This document shows, one piece after another, positions 1-11,617 of a stretch of DNA of 64,000 nt. The position numbers were made by a program, and so were the translations under genes. Within the stretch, counting starts at the first letter, position 1; the number at the start of each line of letters is the position of its first letter. The notes below the pieces were generated by a model. The model searched no databases and was not told the origin of the DNA. It saw only the letters and a list, made by a program, of their open reading frames with translations. Source of the DNA: Treponemataceae bacterium (GTDB taxonomy: Bacteria > Spirochaetota > Spirochaetia > Treponematales > Rectinemataceae); NCBI GenBank assembly GCA_963677895.2, contig CAXXGJ010000038.1:64001-128000 (forward strand), written 5' to 3'.

Positions 1-1589
<1,589 letters not shown>

Positions 1590-1759
1590 TATCCTTCACT
1601 TTTTTAACAAAGAGAGATCTTGTCGCTTTTCTTTTGATACAAGGGCGCGCTGCATGCAATACGGCAGCCGATCGATGATGAATTCAAGATACGCACTGCT
1701 TCCCTAGGTGAAGAAAAGCTTCTTTAGCTTTCCTTCTTCCCTTTCTTTCAGGTAATTAT

Positions 1760-1871
<112 letters not shown>

Positions 1872-1880
1872 TTTTTTTTA

Positions 1881-1914
1881 TTCAAAGGGCTCTCCTTCGG
1901 GAGGGCCTTTTGAA
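1881..1914 (+). terminator. rrn operon terminator hairpin
   Basis: TTCAAAGGGCTCTCC-TTCG-GGAGGGCCTTTTGAA, directly after the 5S gene. Confidence 0.8.
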
Positions 1915-2005
1915 TATATGAGAGCCTTGGCCACTAGGCCTTCATTGATTGCCAGGCTTTTTTTATTCTTGTACCTCTCGTCATTCCGATGATACAATCC
2001 ACGCA

Positions 2006-3019
2006 ATGATACCGCTTTATTGTTCGTTCATACGAAGAAAAGACATGGATACGGTCCTCGGATGCCTTGTTACCGATTCGATCGGACCTGGCGAATATAC
2101 GGAGAAATTTCTCAAAAACGCCAAAGAAGCCTTTGGATACGATGTTGCGGTAGCCTTGAGGAGCCCCTATTCGGCCCTCGGCATCGCCCTGAAGAAACTG
2201 GGTCTTTCCGAAGGCTCAAAGGTGGCGCTTAGCCCCCTCGCTCCTCTCTATCACCTGCAGGCGGTTGAGGAACTCGGTTTTAAGCCAATTTACATGGACC
2301 CTGACCCGCTGACATGCCTGCCCAACCTTGCGGTCGCCAAGGAACAGGGTTGCTCTGCCATAATCCTTTATGAGGCGTTTGGAATGCTTCCCGATAAGGC
2401 TGCCGTCCTGGAGACGCAGCTGCCGGTCATCGAGGATATGTCCCAGGCTTTGGGAGCGTACCGAGGCGACACGAAAGCCGGATCCATAGGCAATTTCGCG
2501 ATATACGGGCTTGAGCAGGGCTCTCCGGTCACTTCCGGAGGAGGGGCTCTTCTGTTCGCGTCGGCGAGACGCGACGCTCCGGTGATAAGGAATATCGGGG
2601 AGACGTTGTCTAAGGAAATATCCCTGACCGACTATAACGCTGCCCTGGGCTTGGCCCAATTGAGGGACCTGGCCAATTCGTTTCGCAGGCGCAGGGAATT
2701 GGAAGCGAGCTTCCAGATGGAGCTTTCCCGCACGCGGCACAAGACTTTCAAGCAGGGCAATGAAGGACTTGGGGGCTGCTACGCTTTTCCCGTCGTCCTA
2801 GAATCCGGCATGAAGGATGTCGTGATCCATGCCAAGAGGAACGGAATTGAAGCGGCCGCCGCATTCGAGCAGAGTATTGTTTCTATGGAAGATTTTCCGG
2901 AAAATGAATGTCCTGGAGCCCGATCGCTTGCAATGCGCTGCATCCTATTCCCGCTTCACGAAAAAATCAGCGCCAAAGACGCCGGCGTCATAGCGAAGGT
3001 GCTCGCGACGCTTCCCTGA
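2006..3019 (+). CDS. DegT/DnrJ/EryC1/StrS aminotransferase-family protein (Schiff-base Lys apparently absent)
   Basis: Fold motifs VIEDMSQALGA, GSIGNFAI..GGGALL, AALGLAQL and C-terminal LFPLHEKI. Start placed at ATG 2006, after a TACAAT box. Confidence 0.8.
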   Translation: MIPLYCSFIRRKDMDTVLGCLVTDSIGPGEYTEKFLKNAKEAFGYDVAVALRSPYSALGIALKKLGLSEGSKVALSPLAPLYHLQAVEELGFKPIYMDPDPLTCLPNLAVAKEQGCSAIILYEAFGMLPDKAAVLETQLPVIEDMSQALGAYRGDTKAGSIGNFAIYGLEQGSPVTSGGGALLFASARRDAPVIRNIGETLSKEISLTDYNAALGLAQLRDLANSFRRRRELEASFQMELSRTRHKTFKQGNEGLGGCYAFPVVLESGMKDVVIHAKRNGIEAAAAFEQSIVSMEDFPENECPGARSLAMRCILFPLHEKISAKDAGVIAKVLATLP

Positions 3020-3028
3020 GGAGGAATC

Positions 3029-3898
3029 ATGGCCATTCTCGGCGGCATGAAAGGCGGTAAAGCCTTGATTGTCGCGAATCTTCTGAAAGACGATTCGGCC
3101 GGCGAATCCGTGAAAGTGTCCAAAGCGCTGGAGAGCAGGGGCTGGACAACAACGAGTTTTGCCTTTGCGGGCGATCCATCCGGCGCTCCGAGCTTTACCG
3201 GCTATGATCTTATACTCTGCCTCGGAGGAGACGGTACTCTCCTATATGTCGCCCGTCTCGCCGCCCCCTTGGGCATCCCCGTGCTTCCCGTGAATCTTGG
3301 CACATTGGGCTTCATAGCGGCCAATCGCAAGGATTCCTGGCTGGCTACCTTCGAGGAATGGGCAGCGGGGAATCTTAAGCCATCATCTCGCGTGATGCTG
3401 GATGTATCAGTCATAAGGGCAGGGCAGCGTGTTGGAACCTTCTGTGCCTTAAACGATGGAGCCTTGTCATCTCAGGGCATAGCCAAGATGATACGACTTT
3501 GCCTTAACGTGAACGAAGAAAGATTCGGATTCTATAGGGCCGACGGACTTATCGTGGCCACGCCCACGGGATCCACCGCCTACAACCTCGCCGCTGGAGG
3601 ACCCGCGCTTCACCCTGAAATGCTCGCCATGGTGATCAATCCCATTTGTCCTTTTACGCTCGCTTCCCGACCGCTCGTCCTGCCATCAACCGCCAGGGTC
3701 GATGTCATCGTGGATGAAACGAGAAGATCGGGAGCTATGCTGACGGTCGATGGTCAGGAGACTTTCGCGCTTGAAATAGGCGACATTGTCCAGTTCCGCA
3801 GGGCGCTGCGCGATGCTGTCCTCATCGTTCCCCAAGAGAGCATTTTTTTCAGCGCCTTGCGCACGAAGCTGGGATGGTCGGGAGACGCCAATGCTTGA
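3029..3898 (+). CDS. nadK: NAD kinase
   Basis: LGGDGT, NLGTLGF, ADGLIVATPTGSTAYNLAAGGP motifs; GAGGAGG Shine-Dalgarno (SD); lies upstream of recN. Confidence 0.97.
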   Translation: MAILGGMKGGKALIVANLLKDDSAGESVKVSKALESRGWTTTSFAFAGDPSGAPSFTGYDLILCLGGDGTLLYVARLAAPLGIPVLPVNLGTLGFIAANRKDSWLATFEEWAAGNLKPSSRVMLDVSVIRAGQRVGTFCALNDGALSSQGIAKMIRLCLNVNEERFGFYRADGLIVATPTGSTAYNLAAGGPALHPEMLAMVINPICPFTLASRPLVLPSTARVDVIVDETRRSGAMLTVDGQETFALEIGDIVQFRRALRDAVLIVPQESIFFSALRTKLGWSGDANA

Positions 3899-5588
3899 GC
3901 ATCTTTCCGTCCGGGACTTTGCGCTCATCGACGCGGCGGAAGTTGAATTCTCGGATGGCCTCGTTCTTTTCACCGGAGAAACCGGTGCCGGAAAATCGCT
4001 CATCGTGGGAGCGATAGGATTCCTTTTCGGGGGCAGGGCGGATTCGGGAGTGATACGCGAAGGCTCCGACGAGTGCACGGTCTCCGCCATTCTCGATATC
4101 GCGCGGAACAAATCGGCTCTGGCCTGGCTCAGGGAGCATGATATTCCCGAGGAAGAAGGAACCCTCAACCTGAGACGGGGATTGCGCAACAACGGCAGAT
4201 CCTACGCCTATATTCAGAACCGGGCGGTAAGCAGGGCCGATCTGGCGGACTTCACTTCCTTGATCGCCGACATCCATGGGCAGCACGAGCATCAGACGCT
4301 TCTGGACAAGGAAAGCCATTTGGTCTTCCTGGACAGTTTCGCGGGATTGGAGCCGGAAAAGGAATCGTATCGGACAAGCTACGAAGCCTGGACGACAAGA
4401 CTCAGGGAATACAAGCGGCGGCTTGCCGATGCGGAACGCAGGGAAAGGGAGCAGGATATCCTCAACTTCGCGCTGAAGGAAATCCAGGCGGCCAAGATCA
4501 AACCCAACGAAGACGACGAGCTGATGCAGGAAGAAAAAATTCTATCGCAGCACGAGAAGCTTTTCGATGCCGTCAGGAATGCCGTCGACGGCCTTTCAAT
4601 TCGCGGCGGCGAGACAAACGGCGCCGTGGAATCTCTCCGGAAAGCGAAAGCGGGTCTCGACGCCGCCAAAGATATCGACGCGAAGTTGGGCGATCTTGCC
4701 ACCAGACTCGAAAGCGCCTATTTCGAGGTGGAGGACATAGCCGAGAGCGTTTCCGTCTATATGGAAGGCTTGAAATTCGATCCCCAGAGACTTGAGGACA
4801 TCGAAAGCAGGTTGGCGGAACTGAAGCGTCTGAAGAAAAAATATGGCCCTTCGCTGGCCGATATTCTTGCCAGGGAAGAACGGGATGCCGCCGCCATAGA
4901 GGCTTACTCCTCCTGGGAAAACGACAAGGCCGATCTTGAAAAGGAAATCGCCGAACTTAAGAAACAGGCGCTGGAAAAAGCCGAAGCGCTCTCCTTAAGA
5001 CGAAAGGATGCGGCGATCGGGTTTTCGCGTCAGGTGGAGACCATTCTTTCCCATCTGGGGATGGTGCATGCCAGACTGCCCATCTCCGTAAACCCGCTGA
5101 AATCCGATACCGGCAAGCTCATCCTGTCGCCCCTGGGCATGGACGATGTGGAATTCCTGATCGCCCCCAATATCGGCGAACCTCCGAAAGCGCTTGCCAA
5201 GATAGCCTCGGGAGGAGAACTGTCGCGCGTCGCGCTTGCGATAAAGGCCGTCCTCTCTTCCAAGGACACGGTGGACACCCTCATATTTGACGAAATCGAC
5301 ACGGGTATCGGAGGAGAGGTGGCGGCTGATGTCGGTTCATATCTGAAAGGCATTTCACGATTCAAGCAGGTTCTATGTGTCACTCATCTCGCATCGATCG
5401 CGGCGAAGGCCGATGTCCACTATAAAGTCGATAAGAAAGTCGAGGATGGACGAACGGTCACGAGAATCGACCAATTGCGCGGTCGCGAAAGGGAAGAGGA
5501 AATAGCCAGGATGCTGGCCGGCGACAGCGAAGGGGCGGCTTCACTTGCCCATGCGGCCGAGCTGCTTCGACGATCGTCAGCGAGCTAA
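3891..5588 (+). CDS. recN: DNA repair protein RecN
   Basis: TGETGAGKS, IHGQHEHQ, ASGGELSR, IFDEIDTG, CVTHL, EEIARML. Confidence 0.98.
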   Translation: MLEHLSVRDFALIDAAEVEFSDGLVLFTGETGAGKSLIVGAIGFLFGGRADSGVIREGSDECTVSAILDIARNKSALAWLREHDIPEEEGTLNLRRGLRNNGRSYAYIQNRAVSRADLADFTSLIADIHGQHEHQTLLDKESHLVFLDSFAGLEPEKESYRTSYEAWTTRLREYKRRLADAERREREQDILNFALKEIQAAKIKPNEDDELMQEEKILSQHEKLFDAVRNAVDGLSIRGGETNGAVESLRKAKAGLDAAKDIDAKLGDLATRLESAYFEVEDIAESVSVYMEGLKFDPQRLEDIESRLAELKRLKKKYGPSLADILAREERDAAAIEAYSSWENDKADLEKEIAELKKQALEKAEALSLRRKDAAIGFSRQVETILSHLGMVHARLPISVNPLKSDTGKLILSPLGMDDVEFLIAPNIGEPPKALAKIASGGELSRVALAIKAVLSSKDTVDTLIFDEIDTGIGGEVAADVGSYLKGISRFKQVLCVTHLASIAAKADVHYKVDKKVEDGRTVTRIDQLRGREREEEIARMLAGDSEGAASLAHAAELLRRSSAS

Positions 5589-5978
5589 TTCATGAAGCGC
5601 GTCGAAAGGAATGAGAGCGCCGATAGTGCAGCGAACCCTGTTTTCAGGCGCATTGCCGAATTGAACGGGCGCGTCGGCAGGGAAAAACTCGGAAAGCACC
5701 TGTCTGCAGGCTCCGCAGGGGCTCACCGCGTAATCGGCATCGGGGGTGGCGATGGCTATTGCCTTGAAATCCCTTTTCCCCTCGCTTATGGCAGCGACAA
5801 GCGCGCTGCGTTCGGCGCAGATGGTGAGGCCGAAGGATCTGTTCTCCACATTGGTCCCTGTCACTATGGAACCGTCACCGCAGAGAATCGCCGCGCCGAC
5901 GCGGAATTTCGAGTAAGGCGAGTATGATTTTGTCGCGGCATTCTGGGCGGCGGAGAAGAGCAATTCATCAATTTCCAT
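5577..5978 (-). CDS. cdd: cytidine deaminase
   Basis: YSPYSKFRVGAA, NVEN, CAERSA and PCGACRQ zinc motifs. Confidence 0.97.
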   Translation of the reverse strand: MEIDELLFSAAQNAATKSYSPYSKFRVGAAILCGDGSIVTGTNVENRSFGLTICAERSALVAAISEGKRDFKAIAIATPDADYAVSPCGACRQVLSEFFPADAPVQFGNAPENRVRCTIGALIPFDALHELAR

Positions 5979-6060
5979 ATCAAACGCCTTCTTATGTTGA
6001 CAGCTGTAATAAATACTATATACCATTTGAAAGCTTGAATACAACAATTATGGAATCACG

Positions 6061-6966
6061 GTGAAACGCGCAAACAATTACTCAAACCAAAAACGCGGCC
6101 ATCTCGCCTGGATGACCGCCGCAGCCGTGGTTCTTTATGTAATATTCGCCCAGCGTTCCCTTGGCTATGAACAGGGGTTGGCGCGGCTGGAATCCATTCC
6201 GATACCCAAGACCGAGGCGATAGAGCGGAGCGATAGAGCTTCCTATAATGCCCGAGGGCGTTCCTTTTTCCTTCGTCCCGACCAACAGGGAGTCATGGAG
6301 ACGGACAAAGCGGGAGTATCGCTTTGGAACCACGAGTTCGGCTCACCCCTGACCGCTGGTTCGGTCTCGTCAGAGACTTCCGCCTGGGGCCTGCTGAACG
6401 GAAGCATTCAGGTCCTGGACCAGGAGGGAAAGCTCCTCGATGAGCTTAAGCCATTTGAGCATGCAGTCAGTTCGGCCTATCCCTGCGTCTACAGCGTGGC
6501 GATTTCCGAAAACGGGAAGGGGATAGCAGCCTTGTATGGACTTGATCCCCAGTATTTCCTCGTATTCACCAAAAAGAATCATGGCTATGAGCTGGTTTTC
6601 GAGAAAAAGCTAGAAAATCAGGTGGTGAGCGATCAGCCGGCAACCTTTTCCGGGGACGGACTGTCCGTTATAGGTCGAACAGCCGATGGACTGGCTTTCT
6701 ACGATGTACAGAAAAAAAAAGGCATGGTCGTACGGGCTGATTATTTCGCCGGCGAGGCGGAGCTCCTGATCGAGCCGATTGGCCTCGATAGGTTCGCGAT
6801 CCTCCTGGCGAAAAGGAATGAGCGATTCGCGGGATTGATAAGAAAGGGCGTGGTCGAAGCCATGTTCCCGATTGAAGAAACCGGCTCGGGGCTTTCGGTC
6901 TCCGGCGACATCATGATGATCGCGGGCAAGGATGCCATACAGCGATACAAGGCGGCGGAACGTTGA
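6061..6966 (+). CDS. membrane-anchored hypothetical protein, probable beta-propeller
   Basis: 301-aa ORF with an N-terminal hydrophobic segment and repeated beta-blade-like motifs (VYSVAISENG, ATFSGDG). Confidence 0.6.
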   Translation: MKRANNYSNQKRGHLAWMTAAAVVLYVIFAQRSLGYEQGLARLESIPIPKTEAIERSDRASYNARGRSFFLRPDQQGVMETDKAGVSLWNHEFGSPLTAGSVSSETSAWGLLNGSIQVLDQEGKLLDELKPFEHAVSSAYPCVYSVAISENGKGIAALYGLDPQYFLVFTKKNHGYELVFEKKLENQVVSDQPATFSGDGLSVIGRTADGLAFYDVQKKKGMVVRADYFAGEAELLIEPIGLDRFAILLAKRNERFAGLIRKGVVEAMFPIEETGSGLSVSGDIMMIAGKDAIQRYKAAER

Positions 6967-7928
6967 GCGCGAGTGCCAGGCATGCGGACCGGGCTTTGCC
7001 CGGGGAAAAAGCTCCGCTGAAATCGAAGGTTCTCATCATATGCGTAATGACGATCGGAATGGCTTTGGGCATTCCCGTTTTCGCGCAGGATGCTCCCCTC
7101 AGCATGGAATCCCTGGACGTAGCCGTGAATTTCGGCGTGCCGGGTCAGCTTCCGGATGAGCGAAAGGGGGAGAAATACCTTCAGACGGGAGCCTTGCTTT
7201 CCGCGGAAAACGACACCGTCAGGGCCGCTGGCGACGGCAGGATACTTTTCATACAAGACAATCACCTGCTTTCCGGCGGCTTGCCGCATGCTACGGGCAA
7301 TTTTACCGCGGTAGCGCATGATGATGGATTCATCAGCCTATACTCAGCGAAAACCTACGTATCGGAAGCTTCAGCCAAGACCAAAATCAAGAAAGGCGAA
7401 GTTGTAGGCAGGATCGTCGAGATTACGAGAGCTCTGTATACCTATTATCTCTTTCGCGTTTACGACGGCGCCTCCCGATTATGGGTAAATCCGGCTTTTT
7501 TCATCAAAGATCTCGTGGATAGGGCGGCTCCTAGGATCGAAGAGATAGCCTTGCTGGGCCAGGACCGCACGATCATCGCCGAAAATCCGAGGAAAGGTGC
7601 GCAGGAAATTCCACAGGGTAATTATACCCTTGCCGTGAACGTCACCGATCCCGCTTACGCCAAGGGATCCATCTCCGGCGTTTTCAGGCTCAAGGCCGTG
7701 TTCGACGGAAAGGTGATCGCGGACAGAAAATTCGATTCGGCGCGCATCACGGCGGAAGGTCTGGCTTTCCTGGATCTGGAAGCCCCTTCATCAAAGCTAA
7801 CCGATGCGGAGGGCCGACTCTTCCTGGGCAAACAGTTCATTCCCAGGGGCATGCACGCGCTCGAATTCTCGGTCTATGATTACGCGGGCAATTCCAGCAG
7901 CTTTAACTGGAAATTTTCCGCCGAGTAA
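6963..7928 (+). CDS. exported protein with degenerate M23/LytM-like domain and C-terminal Ig-like region
   Basis: Signal peptide; VRAAGDGRI, GNFTAVAHDDGFISLY, IKKGEVVG, WVNP. Zn ligands not seen; start uncertain. Confidence 0.7.
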   Translation: MSASARHADRALPGEKAPLKSKVLIICVMTIGMALGIPVFAQDAPLSMESLDVAVNFGVPGQLPDERKGEKYLQTGALLSAENDTVRAAGDGRILFIQDNHLLSGGLPHATGNFTAVAHDDGFISLYSAKTYVSEASAKTKIKKGEVVGRIVEITRALYTYYLFRVYDGASRLWVNPAFFIKDLVDRAAPRIEEIALLGQDRTIIAENPRKGAQEIPQGNYTLAVNVTDPAYAKGSISGVFRLKAVFDGKVIADRKFDSARITAEGLAFLDLEAPSSKLTDAEGRLFLGKQFIPRGMHALEFSVYDYAGNSSSFNWKFSAE

Positions 7929-7995
7929 AGAATGCCGCTATTCCAACAGGAAGGACGGGATTGCCGCTTAACCTAGCCGGGGGTACAATAATTTC

Positions 7996-8730
7996 ATGTC
8001 CGATTACGCTTTCGTAAAGGAAAATATAGAATCCATCCATACAAAGGTGCGTGCCGCCGCGGAGCGCTCCGGAAGAAGCGCCGAAGCGATAACCCTTCTG
8101 GCGGTTACAAAGTTCCATCCCCAGGAGGCGGTGAGGGAAGCCTATATTTGCGGGATACGGCGTTTCGGGGAAAATCGAGTGCAGGAAGCGGCGGGGAAAT
8201 ATCTGCCTGAATTGCTTTCGGAGATACCCGGTACCCACCTCGATATGATAGGCACTTTTCAGAGCAACAAGATCAATAAAGCCCTCAAGCTTTTCGACGT
8301 CATTCAATCGGTGAGTTCGATAAGCCTGCTGCGGGCGATAACCGCCCGCGCTGGGGAAAAGAACCTTGAACTATACCTGGAATTGCACACTGGTGAAGCC
8401 ACAAAATCCGGATTTCCCGATAACGACAGCCTTTTTGAAGCTGTAGAGACATACCTGCGATGGAAAAGCGACGCGGACCGAGATTCTGAACTTCGCTCCC
8501 CGCTTGTGCTGAGAGGGCTGATGACGATGGCGCCTTTCTCGGACGACCAGATGACCGTACGTCGCTCGTTCAGAAAACTCTCTAAAGCCGCAGAGGAGAT
8601 AAAAAAACGTTTTGACCTGCCTGGATTCGGACAGCTTTCTATGGGCATGAGCAACGATTATGAGATTGCCGTCGAGGAAGGTTCAACGCTTCTGCGCATC
8701 GGAACGGCCATTTTTGGAGTCAGGCAATGA
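7996..8730 (+). CDS. yggS: PLP homeostasis protein, YggS family
   Basis: LAVTK, FGENRVQE, QSNK, GLMTM, LSMGMSNDY, RIGTAIFG. Confidence 0.97.
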   Translation: MSDYAFVKENIESIHTKVRAAAERSGRSAEAITLLAVTKFHPQEAVREAYICGIRRFGENRVQEAAGKYLPELLSEIPGTHLDMIGTFQSNKINKALKLFDVIQSVSSISLLRAITARAGEKNLELYLELHTGEATKSGFPDNDSLFEAVETYLRWKSDADRDSELRSPLVLRGLMTMAPFSDDQMTVRRSFRKLSKAAEEIKKRFDLPGFGQLSMGMSNDYEIAVEEGSTLLRIGTAIFGVRQ

Positions 8731-9260
8731 GATGTTCCGTTCTAGCGCGCGATTCGGCGGGATTTTCCCGAAGCTGGTCTCCCGGGGCTGGGCGCTTCCG
8801 ACGTATCGTCATCCTCCTCACCTTATGTTCCGCTCTCGCGGTTGGAGGACGATGCGAAGCCCAGGAGGACAACCAGGACTCGAGTTCTCCTTCGATTTCC
8901 TCCGAACAATCGGCACTGACCTCCACTCCATCGGCGATACCGGCGATATCGGCGACGCCCATTCCTAAAACCTATTCGGCCGAAAAATCTATACGGGCGG
9001 AAAGCGCGGTAATAACGAAGTTCCGAAGAATAGCGATCACCGGCATGGGCACTTTTCCCATCGCGCTTTTCTATACAAACTTTATCTTCGATTCGGCTCG
9101 TTTCGCGAGCAGCGGATTTGACGTGCAATACGCGCCCTGGCCATTCAAGAGCCAATATTCCGCGGAAGTGACCAGCTCCGAAACCTTCATTCGGTTAGGA
9201 GTATCCCTCGGTCTGAGCGCGGTGGTCGGCATCCTCGACGCGTTCATACAAAGAAAATAA
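8727..9260 (+). CDS. hypothetical membrane protein
   Basis: ATGA overlap with yggS; Ser/Pro-rich linker and two C-terminal hydrophobic segments (YAPWPF motif). Confidence 0.6.
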   Translation: MRCSVLARDSAGFSRSWSPGAGRFRRIVILLTLCSALAVGGRCEAQEDNQDSSSPSISSEQSALTSTPSAIPAISATPIPKTYSAEKSIRAESAVITKFRRIAITGMGTFPIALFYTNFIFDSARFASSGFDVQYAPWPFKSQYSAEVTSSETFIRLGVSLGLSAVVGILDAFIQRK

Positions 9261-9305
9261 GCCTTCGCCGGCTCCGATGCGAGAATTCTGGATACTGTGC
9301 CAAGC

Positions 9306-9334
9306 TTGACATCGGCGGGTCGCATACCTAATAT
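9306..9334 (+). promoter_or_regulatory. sigma70-type promoter of apt-gpmI-CYTH
   Basis: TTGACA-17 nt-TAATAT. Confidence 0.65.
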
Positions 9335-9373
9335 TGTTCACTGTCGTTCATCATGAATATGTGGGGCGGTTCA

Positions 9374-9925
9374 ATGTCCGAAACGAACAATGAGACGGAA
9401 GGTTTCAATCTCGACGATGCCATCCGAAAGATTCCAGATTTTCCCAAGCCCGGGATTCTCTTCTATGACATAACAAGCGTTCTCGCCAATCCAGACGCTT
9501 TCGCGTATTGCGTCAGCTCGATGCTGAAACTCTACAGAAACGAGCGCATCGATGCCGTCGCCGCCATAGAATCGAGGGGTTTCATTTTTGCCGCTCCCTT
9601 CTGTCATAAACTGGGCTTACCGCTGCTCCTCGTGCGCAAGCAGGGGAAACTGCCCGGCAAAACCATATCCAAATCCTATGATCTCGAATACGGATCGGCG
9701 ACCCTCGAGATGCATGTCGACGATATAAAACCGGGCAGCCGATTCCTCATAGTGGACGATCTCATCGCGACGGGCGGCACCATCAACGCGACCTGCGACA
9801 TGATACGCCGATGCGGGGCCGAACCCGTGCGCGCTTTCTCCGTCATAGGACTTCCCTTCCTCAATTACAGGGAAACAGTCAAGAACCTACCCATCGACAC
9901 ACTGATTGAGTATTTTGGAGAATAG
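9374..9925 (+). CDS. apt: adenine phosphoribosyltransferase
   Basis: DFPKPGILFYDIT, ESRGF, RKQGKLPG, YDLEYG, VDDLIATGGT. Confidence 0.97.
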   Translation: MSETNNETEGFNLDDAIRKIPDFPKPGILFYDITSVLANPDAFAYCVSSMLKLYRNERIDAVAAIESRGFIFAAPFCHKLGLPLLLVRKQGKLPGKTISKSYDLEYGSATLEMHVDDIKPGSRFLIVDDLIATGGTINATCDMIRRCGAEPVRAFSVIGLPFLNYRETVKNLPIDTLIEYFGE

Positions 9926-9940
9926 GCAAGGAGTCTTTCA

Positions 9941-11599
9941 ATGTTGACAGCTCTCGATACAAACCCGAATTGGAAGGGCAGGCGCGGACCTGTCCTGTTG
10001 GTGATAATGGATGGCGTGGGATACGGCGAATACAGGGACGGCGATGCGGTAGCCCAAGCGGACATGCGCCATTTCAGGGCCATGGAATCCACCTCCCCGG
10101 CGACGAGGCTCAAGGCTCACGGTATGGCTGTCGGACTTCCTTCCGACGACGATATGGGCAATTCCGAAGTCGGGCACAATGCCATAGGCTGCGGCAGGGT
10201 CTTCGCGCAGGGCGCCAAGCTTGTGGGCGCTTCGATCGCCACGAAGGCCATGTTCGGCGGCCGCGTATGGCGGGAGCTTATAGCCGGGGTAAAGGTGAAA
10301 GGCGGAACGCTGCATTTCCTCGGACTATTCTCCGACGGCAACGTCCATTCCCATATAGACCATCTGAAAGCCATGATAGAGCAGGCCGCGAGAGAAGACG
10401 TAAAACGCATCAGGGTGCATACCCTTCTGGACGGCAGAGACGTGGGCTCGCAGAGCGCTCTCGAATATATTCTCCCCTTCGAGGAATTTCTCGCTGGATT
10501 CAACGCCCGGGGCTTCGATTATAGGATCGGGTCAGGAGGGGGCCGTCAGTACATCACAATGGACCGCTACGGCGCCAATTGGGACATGGTGAAGCGCGGG
10601 TGGGATTGCCACGTCAAAGGCCTTGGGCGCCCCTTCTCGAGCGCCAGGAAGGCGGTCGAGACCTACAGAGCCGAAAATCCCAGGCTCATCGACCAGGATA
10701 TGGGCGAATTCGTGATTGTCGACGACAAGGGACCTATAGGCCGCATCAAAGACGGCGACAGCGTCATCTACTTCAATTTTCGCGGGGACAGGGCCATCGA
10801 GATCACCAATGCCTTCGAGGATGAGAACTTCTCCAAATTCGATCGCGGTCCGCGGCCCGACGTTTTCTATGCCGGTATGATGCAGTACGACGGCGACCTC
10901 GGCGTACCCAGGAATTATCTCGTGACGCCGCCCGCGATCGACCGCACGGTAGGCGAATATCTCGCCGCGTCGGGCATAAAGTCCCTGGCCATCTCGGAAA
11001 CGCAGAAATACGGACACGTGACCTACTTCTTCAACGGCAACCGGACGGGCAAGTTTTCCGAAGCCCTGGAGGACTATGTCGAAGTGCCGAGCGATCGCGT
11101 TCCCTTCGAACAGCGGCCCTGGATGAAATGCGCCGAAATTACCGACAAAGTGATCGCGGCGATCGAATCGGGGAAGTACCGTTTCATCAGGCTCAATTTT
11201 CCGAACGGCGACATGGTGGGACATACCGGCGTTTTCCAGTCGGTCGTATGTTCCATGGAATCCATGGATATTCAGCTGGGAAGGCTTGAGGAAGCCATCC
11301 GCAAAGCCGGCGGCGTCATGATCCTTACCGCCGACCACGGGAATTCCGACGACATGATCGAGCACGACAAGAAAACGAAGAAAGCCCTGCTCGAAACCGA
11401 CGGAAGCCCCAAAGCCAAGACGAGCCACTCCCTCAATCCGGTGCCCTGCGTCATCTATGACCCCGAGACGAAGGGCGAATACGATAAGGCCCTGAACTCT
11501 GGCCTGGGGATTTCCAGCCTGGCCGCGACCTGCATGGAGCTTCTGGGATTCGTCCCCCCCGAGGATTATGACGAATCCGTGCTGAAAATGAAAGACTGA
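9941..11599 (+). CDS. gpmI: 2,3-bisphosphoglycerate-independent phosphoglycerate mutase
   Basis: MGNSEVGH, SDGNVHSH, DGRD, NFRGDR, DMVGHTG, TADHGN. Confidence 0.98.
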   Translation: MLTALDTNPNWKGRRGPVLLVIMDGVGYGEYRDGDAVAQADMRHFRAMESTSPATRLKAHGMAVGLPSDDDMGNSEVGHNAIGCGRVFAQGAKLVGASIATKAMFGGRVWRELIAGVKVKGGTLHFLGLFSDGNVHSHIDHLKAMIEQAAREDVKRIRVHTLLDGRDVGSQSALEYILPFEEFLAGFNARGFDYRIGSGGGRQYITMDRYGANWDMVKRGWDCHVKGLGRPFSSARKAVETYRAENPRLIDQDMGEFVIVDDKGPIGRIKDGDSVIYFNFRGDRAIEITNAFEDENFSKFDRGPRPDVFYAGMMQYDGDLGVPRNYLVTPPAIDRTVGEYLAASGIKSLAISETQKYGHVTYFFNGNRTGKFSEALEDYVEVPSDRVPFEQRPWMKCAEITDKVIAAIESGKYRFIRLNFPNGDMVGHTGVFQSVVCSMESMDIQLGRLEEAIRKAGGVMILTADHGNSDDMIEHDKKTKKALLETDGSPKAKTSHSLNPVPCVIYDPETKGEYDKALNSGLGISSLAATCMELLGFVPPEDYDESVLKMKD

Positions 11600-11617
11600 A
11601 CAGGAGCGTATTCATCG

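Noticed and set aside
8932..8958. Short coding repeats (CGGCGATAC-like x3; also GCCGATACGGC x2 near 42229-42254)
   Set aside because: Low-complexity linker or tail codons; too short and too few for a CRISPR array or functional repeat.
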